DNA from: Octopus sinensis
Taxonomy: Eukaryota
Length of the DNA stretch: 15,803 nucleotides
NCBI RefSeq assembly: GCF_006345805.1
Contig: NW_021825386.1
Location: 1 to 15,803, forward strand
Direction of reading: 5' to 3'
Part shown: positions 9,130 to 15,803 of the stretch, piece after piece
Numbering within the stretch: position 1 is the stretch's first letter
Layout of the letters: each line of letters begins with the position of its first letter
Position numbers and translations under genes: made by a program
Notes under the pieces: model-generated
The model's database searches: none
What the model saw: only the letters and a program-made list of their open reading frames with translations
Told to the model about the DNA's origin: nothing

Positions 9130-10238
9130 TGTTGTGAGTTCAACTTAAGGACAGAGCTGGCGACCTACTTTTGGGAATGAATCCATTGTTCTGCCAGATG
9201 CGGGTTGATAATTAGCTCTGGGGAAACCCCCCGACCCTTTCAGGTGAATTAAGGTTCATTTGAGGGCTACCCCTTTAAGTGAGCAGTTCAGTTTGTGAGA
9301 GGCAGTCGGCATTTGGGATTCAAGGCAAGCAGTCGGCAGTTGGGAGTTTGTGAGAGACAGGCAACAGTTGGGATGATACAGCGAGTTAGTAATGGTTTGT
9401 TCTGCTGTGGCAGAGGAAGACAGGCAGAGAAGATTAAGGGACTGGGAGAGATTACGGCGAGAAGGCATGGCTATTTGTAGTGAGAGTTTGTAAACGAAGA
9501 ACTTACGGTATATGTTTTGTTTATGTTGTTGATGTGTTATAAAGAAAAGGCTAAAGAAATGTATAAAGACATTGTGAATTAAGGAAATGTAAAAGAGTTG
9601 TTGTGCGGAGTAAAGGACTTGTTGATGTGTTAATGACTTAATGTGAAAAGAAATGAGACAGTATAAAGACATTATGTTAAACAATCGAACATTGTGAATT
9701 GTGTTGATATGTGAATTATGTAAAAAGAATTGTATTGATACGTGTTACAAAAAAAAGAGAAAGAAGGAAAAAGACAAGAAAGACTCTGTTGTTGTCTGAA
9801 AAGAATTTAATAAACATTGAACGTATATGTGTTAATTGTCCTCTGAACTGTAACGTTAATGTGATTTGAGACAGAACTGTTGTCTCCGGACTGTATATTG
9901 CATCAATCTGAACCGTTATTGTATCCGAATGCTTTGATGTGTTGTTCTTGCATGTATTTCCTCTTTGATGTACCTGATATGTATCTTGATTTATTTGATG
10001 TTGTAACAATTAAAAAGTGTTATAAACTAGTAGGTTAAATGCAAGCCGATTGCCTCTGTGTCTCTTCCTGCTGCTGTTGTTGTTGTTGTTGTCTCTCTCC
10101 TCTCTGGGCTCCGTGGCGAACTTGCGTCGATCAATCGAGCCTGATCAATCGTCGTCGCTCGACTTGTTGGGATCCCGGGTTCGAGTTCGAGCGACGGCAG
10201 GTGGGATTCTGTAGCAGCTTTCGGGGGATTCCGTAACA
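9130..10238 (+). mobile_element. Probable solo LTR (1109 bp)
   Basis: Starts TGTTG and ends TAACA (TG...CA, 4/5 terminal inverted match). ATAT lies on both sides (9126-9129, 10239-10242). AATAAA at 9809-9814; no coding remnants. The TSD is weak evidence because the target is (AT)n. Confidence 0.6.
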
Positions 10239-10271
<33 letters not shown>

Positions 10272-10272
10272 A

Positions 10273-10670
10273 GGCGCAGGAGTGGCTGTGTGGTAAGTAG
10301 CTTGCTAACCAACCACATGGTTCCGGTTCAGTCCCACTGCGTGGCACCTTGGGCAAGTGTCTTCTGCTATAGCCCGTGAGTGGATTTGATAGACGGAAAC
10401 CGAAAGAAGCCTGTTGTATATATGTATATATATATATGTATGTGTGTATATGCTTGTGTGTCTGTGTTTGTCCCGCTAGCATTGCTTGACAACCGATGCT
10501 GGTGTGTTTATGTCCCCGTCACTTAGCGGTTCAGCAAAAGAGACCGATAGAATAAGTACTGGGCTTACAAAGAATAAGTCCCGGGGTCGATTTGCTCGAC
10601 TAAAGGCGGTGCTCCAGCATGGCGCAGTCAAATGATTGAAACATGTAAAAGAGTAAAGACTAAAAGAGTA
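10273..10670 (+). mobile_element. Near full-length tRNA-derived SINE
   Basis: Head GGCGCAGGAGTGGCTGTGTGGTAAGTAGCTTGC...GGTTCAGTCCC (A/B-box-like), central GGATTTGATAGACGGAAAC, internal (TA/TG)n, tail ...CCAGCATGGCGCAGTCAAATGATTGAAAC..AAAAGAG. Confidence 0.9.
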
Positions 10671-10679
10671 TATATAGAT

Positions 10680-10950
10680 ATGGTTCGGGGTTCAGTTACA
10701 TTGCTTGCCACTTTGGCAAAATGACCTCTACTATAGCCTCGGGATGACCAAATCCTTGTTTGTGTGTCTGTGTTTGTCCTCTCATCATCGCTTGGCAACC
10801 GATGTTGGTGTGTTTGTGTCCCCGTAAATTAGCGGTTCGACAAAAGGAACCGATAAAATAAGTACTGCACCAGTACAGAATAATTTCTGGTGTCGATTTG
10901 TTTCACCAAAAGACACCGCTCCATCATGGCCGCGGTCAAGTAAAAGAGTA
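10680..10950 (+). mobile_element. Older, internally deleted SINE copy
   Basis: Diverged match to 10318-10670. Confidence 0.75.
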
Positions 10951-11110
10951 TACATACATACCTATATACAAACACACATACATACATACATACATACATA
11001 CATGCATGCATGCATGCATACATACATACATACATCATACATACATACATACATACATACATACATACATGCATACATACATATATGCATATATGTGTAT
11101 ATATATATAT
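10951..11110. repeat. (TACA)n/(TA)n microsatellite
   Basis: Direct inspection. Confidence 0.95.
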
Positions 11111-11370
11111 GGGTGGGGGTGGAAGAAAAGCTGTATCTTATTCACACAATTCGTTTCACAATTCTACATCTTACTCATTGGATATTACAAAAATACTTAT
11201 TTTTTTTCTCATATGTTCACACTGTCTCTCTCTCTCTCCTCCTCATCTCTCTCTCTCTCTCCTCTCAGTTCCCCACGTATTTCTAACATAACCTGTATAC
11301 CGTAACCCTTAAACCTAACCAATACCTACAACTTAAACCCTAACCTAAAAACTCAAACGCTTGGCCTCTC

Positions 11371-11759
11371 TTTTAAACCCTTCTCTCGTTCTAAATCCCT
11401 AATAAAAGAATTTTTTCTGATACATTTGTCAACTGCTGTTTCTGTAGGTTTAGCCATATCAAATGTCCCTTCGTTTGTCCTGTTCCCCTAAACTTTATTA
11501 AAATAAGTTTCAAATGCAGTTGATTATGGAACCTGTAAATGTGAGAATACCCATAGCTACAACTGATATTTTAAACCTTTCCTATTTCTCGTCCTAAATC
11601 TTTATACGAATTCCAAACGATCTTTTCCTGGCATATTTGTCAACTGCTATTTCTGTTAGGCTTAGCGATACCAAAAGTCTCCTTCAATTGTCCTGTTCCT
11701 CTAAATATAAATGAAATATAAAATGCAGTTGATTATGGCACCTCTAAATGGGAGAATAC
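11371..11759 (+). repeat. Diverged tandem duplication of ~190 bp (11371-11550 and 11569-11759)
   Basis: Shared blocks TTTTAAACC, ATTTGTCAACTGCT.TTTCTGT, TTGTCCTGTTCC, AAATGCAGTTGATTATGG.ACCT.TAAATG.GAGAATAC. Confidence 0.8.
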
Positions 11760-12259
11760 AAGGTGAGATGAGAGGGTAATAATGCCTTTCCAGATATATA
11801 ATAATCTCGTAAATGAAATAAAGAATAGTTTTTAAATATGAACAGGCTGAAATTAAGCGTGTGAGCAGTAAAGCACTTTGAAATTGCATAATTACAGCTA
11901 ATTAGAAGTAATTAAAGATATAATTACTATGTTTATGTTGTATCCTCAATTTGTCTAAACTGGGAAATTTAGGATGTATTTTATAAATACCAAGAATTTA
12001 TAATTTGCTCCCTTCCTCCCACTTTCTTTCTCTCTCTCTCTCTTTATGCACAAACTTCTACACATAGGTGTACATACACACACACACACACATGCATGCA
12101 TACAGTTTGAGCCGGCAGAACCGTTACTGTCGCCTGGGTTGCTGTTACATGTCATCGTTTCGCTCGATAAAATAAATACTTATTAAGCACAAGGGTTGAT
12201 ATAATCCACTTAAATCCTGACTTGAAATTGCTGGTCGAGTGCCAAAGTTTAAATCCAAT

Positions 12260-12431
12260 GTGTGTGTGTGTGTGTATGCCTGTATGTGTATGTATGTGTG
12301 TGTGTATGTGTATGTTGTGTATGTGTGTGTATGTGTGTGTGTATGTGTGTGTATGTGTATGTATGTGAGTATGTGTGTGTGTATGCGTGTGCATTTGAAA
12401 GTGTGTGTGTATGTGTGTGTGTTTGTGTGTA

Positions 12432-12466
<35 letters not shown>

Positions 12467-12480
12467 TGTGTGTGTGTGTC
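12260..12480. repeat. (TG)n/(TGTA)n microsatellite
   Basis: Direct inspection. Confidence 0.97.
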
Positions 12481-12514
12481 ATTATGAATACCGTTATATT
12501 ATGTATGTCTGTGT

Positions 12515-12784
12515 TTGTTCGGTTTGCAAAAAACTTTCTAGCATTTTGTAAGTAAAATTTTTTAATAGTCTTTAGATTGCCGTGCATAGCTTTACTCAAA
12601 TCAAATATTTCCCATTTTGTTCCCCTACCTTTCGCCATCTTTGAGGCAGCTTCATGACCCTGTCCTTCCAGAACTTGCTATATTTCTGGGTCATTAACTT
12701 GTCTAAGTAGCTTCTACACTCTTTTAAACAATCAAAGTTCTCCCCATTAAGAGAATTCTGCAAGGATCCCAATAAATGATAATT
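12515..12784 (-). mobile_element. Mariner transposon 3' fragment (transposase C-terminus plus degenerate TIR)
   Basis: [62 protein letters not shown] matches the mariner DYHLF..LQNSLNG...KLP.RW.KV.EQNG.Y tail. A TIR-like TGTTCGGTTTGCAAAAAACTT lies at about 12515-12536. Confidence 0.85.
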
Positions 12785-12804
12785 TATCTCCCTAAGCCTG
12801 TCTG

Positions 12805-12878
12805 TCTCTCGTTCCCTCTCTCTCTCTCCTCTCAATCTATCTATCTGTCTATTTCTCTCTCTCCTCGTCTCTCCTCTC

Positions 12879-12912
<34 letters not shown>

Positions 12913-12938
12913 TATATATGTATATATTATATATTATG

Positions 12939-12989
<51 letters not shown>

Positions 12990-13040
12990 TATATATATTA
13001 TGTATATATATTATATATATATGTATATATATATTATATA

Positions 13041-13081
<41 letters not shown>

Positions 13082-13200
13082 GTATATATATATGTATATA
13101 TATATGTATTATATATGTAGTATATATATATGTATATTATATATATGTATATATATATGTATATATATATGTATAATATATGTATATATTATATATATAC

Positions 13201-13238
<38 letters not shown>
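12805..13238. repeat. (CT)n followed by a long (AT)n-rich microsatellite
   Basis: Direct inspection. Confidence 0.97.
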
Positions 13239-13240
<2 letters not shown>

Positions 13241-13587
13241 TTGAATATGGAAATTTTTTCACAATTTTTCCAGATCCTCATCTTTCAATAAACAGAAAGA
13301 AAAAATATCCGGGAAAAGTGTAAAAATAAAGAGAGAGGGATGAATTTTTGAGATTTTATTTTCAGATCGAATCCCCCACCTGCTGCTTCATTTTACACTT
13401 TTTCCAGATTTTCTCTTCTTACTTATTTTTTATTTTCTATTTTATTATTATTTTTTTGGGTGGGGCCAAATACGTAAAAAATACAAAGATTTGAACTCTG
13501 ATAATAATTTTTTCTTTAATTTTAACCACAACTTCGTTAACCAACCACATGTTTCCGGGTGGCACCTCGGGCAACAGATTTGTTTCA

Positions 13588-13716
13588 CAGTCATTTACCT
13601 GTGGCCATCATGCTGGAGCGCTGCCATTAGTCGAGCAAATCGACACCAGGACTTATTTTTTTTGTAAGCCTATTGCTTATTCTATCGGTCTCTATTTGCT
13701 GAACCACTAAGTACGT
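13588..13716 (-). mobile_element. SINE tail fragment
   Basis: Reverse complement of the SINE 3' region (CATGCTGGAGC...GTCGAGCAAATCGAC...CTTATTCTATCGGTCTC). Confidence 0.75.
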
Positions 13717-13717
13717 T

Positions 13718-14670
13718 ATGTTATCGTAGTTTTGTTAGCTTTGGCTGCTATTTCTCTAGCGTATGGATACCCTGCTTGAAGGGCTGAAGTGTATATATAT
13801 ATATATATTATATATATATATATATATATTTTTATATATGTTCTTTTATTTTACTTGTTTCAGTCATTTGACTATGGCCATGCTGGAGCACTGCCTCTTG
13901 TCGAGCAAATCGACCCCAAGACTTATTCTTTTAAGTCCAGCGGTTCTTGACAAGCCGCTAATTGACGGGGATGTAAACACCCCAGCATCGGTTGTCAAGC
14001 GATGTTGGAGGGACAAAAAGGCACACACACTCACACACACATACACACACATTAAGTTTTAATTTATAGACACACATTAATTTACAGGGTACAACCTAAG
14101 ACGAGTGGTCCCGGTGCGCGCAATCGCGTACAAGCGCATCCGAGCAAGCTAGTCGTGACTAGTCGATCCTTACTTTGTGTTTTTGTGTTTCATTTACTTT
14201 GCTAGGTAGTGGTTGTAGGATCGACTAGTCACGACTATCTAGCGCGTGTGCGCGAGTAAACGAGTGCGCGCACCGGGACCACTCTTCTTAAATAAACGGT
14301 ACCCAGATTCCACAGCGGTGAAATCCACCCTTGTTAAAACATATACACAAAGCCCTACCATTTCATGTTATCGTAGTTTTGTTAGCTTTGGCTGCTATTT
14401 CTAGCGTATGGATACCCTGCTTGAAGGGCTGAAGGGTATATATATATATATTTATTTTTATATATGTTCTTTTATTTTACTTGTTTCAGTCATTTGACTA
14501 TGGCCATGCTGGAGCACCGCCTCTAGTCGAGCAAATCGACCCCAAGACTTATTCTTTTTAAGTCCAGCGGTTCTTGACAAGCCGCTAATTGACGGGGATG
14601 TAAACACCCCAGCATCGGTTGTCAAGCGATGTTGGAGGGACAAAAAGGCACACACACTCACACACACATA
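13718..14670 (+). repeat. Direct duplication: 13718-14043 and 14365-14670
   Basis: Both start ATGTTATCGTAGTTTTGTTAGC and share the locus-specific SINE variant AAGTCCAGCGGTTCTTGACAAGCCGCTAATTGACG. They differ by a few substitutions and in (AT)n length. Confidence 0.93.
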
Positions 14671-15573
14671 TATGTATATATATATTTATATACGACGGGC
14701 TTCTTTCAGTTTCCATCTCCCAAATATATTCATACACACACACACGCACATATATATATATATATATGTACATATTTACGACGGGGCTTCCTTCAGTTTC
14801 TGTCTACCAGATTCACTCACAAGGCTTTGGTCGCCCGAGTCTATAGCAGAAGTCACTCGCTCGGGACTGAACCCGGAACCATGTGCTTGGTTCGCAAGCT
14901 ACTTAACGCACCGCCAACCCCGCCTCTATTTCGAGAGTTATCTCCACTTACTTGCCATCTCCTATTCCAACTTAATCTACTTCCGGCATCAGTAAATTTG
15001 AAATTATTTGGACCCCGGATCCGTTGCAAGCGTTTAAAACTAAACTGAGGTAAGGCAGGCTTTTTATTTCATTTGGGACCATTTAACGCTTGAATGAACA
15101 TCCTTTCATCTTAAACTCTGTCTGTGTGTCTATAAATTAATGATACGATATTAATTATCGTAAAGTGCGTGATCCAATTATGAGATCAGGAATTAATGCT
15201 TTTGTTTTTCGTTACGAAACTTACAAGGGCGTGGCCGCTTGTGGGGGACAGAGATGGAGGTAACACAGAGTAGGGTCTCTGTTAAGTCAGCCTGAAATGG
15301 TGGGGTTTTGTGTAGATGTTTTAACAAGGGTGGATTTCTCCGCTGTGGAAACTAGATACCATTTAATTAAGAAGAGTGGTCCTGGTGCGCGCACTCGTTT
15401 ACTCGCGCACGCGCGCTAGATAGTCGTGACTAGTCGATCCTACAACGACTACCTAGCAAAGTAAATGAAACACAAAAACACAAAGTAAGGATCGACTAGT
15501 CACGACTAGCTTCCTCGGATGCGCTTGTACGCGATTGCGCGCACCGGGACCACTCGTCTTAGGTTGTACCCTG
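14085..15573. mobile_element. Non-autonomous TIR/foldback element, Tc1/mariner-like ends, 281-bp inverted arms (14085-14365, 15293-15573)
   Basis: TA|CAGGGTACAACC...GGTTGTACCCTG|TA. The arms are colinear without indels, with about 13 substitutions by hand count (~95%). No transposase inside. Confidence 0.75.
14468..14916 (-). mobile_element. SINE copy inside the TIR element
   Basis: Tail at about 14468, internal microsatellite, and head GGGACTGAACCCGGAACCATGTG...GCAAGCTACTTA at 14863-14905. Confidence 0.85.
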
Positions 15574-15803
15574 TAAAAGAAAACTGAATATGTGTGTGTG
15601 TGTGTGTGTGAAAAGTGATAAAGTCAAGTTTCATGTATTTAGTGTCTGTAACTGTAACTCCCTCCCACTCCTTTTGCTGTTTTAGCTTTCTTTCTGACCT
15701 GTCCATAAATTATCTTTACAACTTCCACACTTCCGAACTTCAAATTGTAAACCCAGTGTTTATTTCAATACCTCGCTTCCTCCATTTCCTCTCTCTCTTA
15801 TTC

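Noticed and set aside
10273-10335. tRNA gene
   Set aside because: It is the tRNA-derived head of a SINE, continuous with the SINE body, with no complete cloverleaf.
11303-11347. Interstitial telomere
   Set aside because: Only isolated TAACCC/CCTAAC words, with no regular array.
13308-13409. Imperfect ~18-bp inverted repeat (GGAAAAGTGTAAAA / TTTTACACTTTTTCC)
   Set aside because: Short, low-complexity and without a TSD; not enough to call a MITE.

Overview
Repeat-saturated eukaryotic DNA with no recognisable host gene. The SINE, RTE and microsatellite make-up resembles octopus (cephalopod) genomes; this is recalled, not searched. Most ORF-track entries are artefacts of (TACA)n, (TG)n and (AT)n microsatellites or of repeats. 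In order: a tandem array built from the 3' end of an RTE LINE (1-1557); a tail-to-tail RTE palindrome centred at about 1738; a 5'-truncated RTE reverse transcriptase pseudogene (minus strand); a 1.6 kb (TACA)n tract; fragments of RLE-type LINEs, a Penelope-like element and a mariner; several tRNA-derived SINE copies; a 1.1 kb probable solo LTR; and a 1.5 kb TA-flanked element with 281-bp inverted arms that each fold into a hairpin. The standout is a 243-codon open frame at 6175-6906 (minus) with the motif pattern of a CRESS-DNA (circovirus-like) capsid, i.e. a probable endogenous viral element. Its arginine-rich arm lies in a different frame, between a U_UUU_UUA heptamer and a C11 run. All family assignments come from motif recognition by eye; no database search was run.
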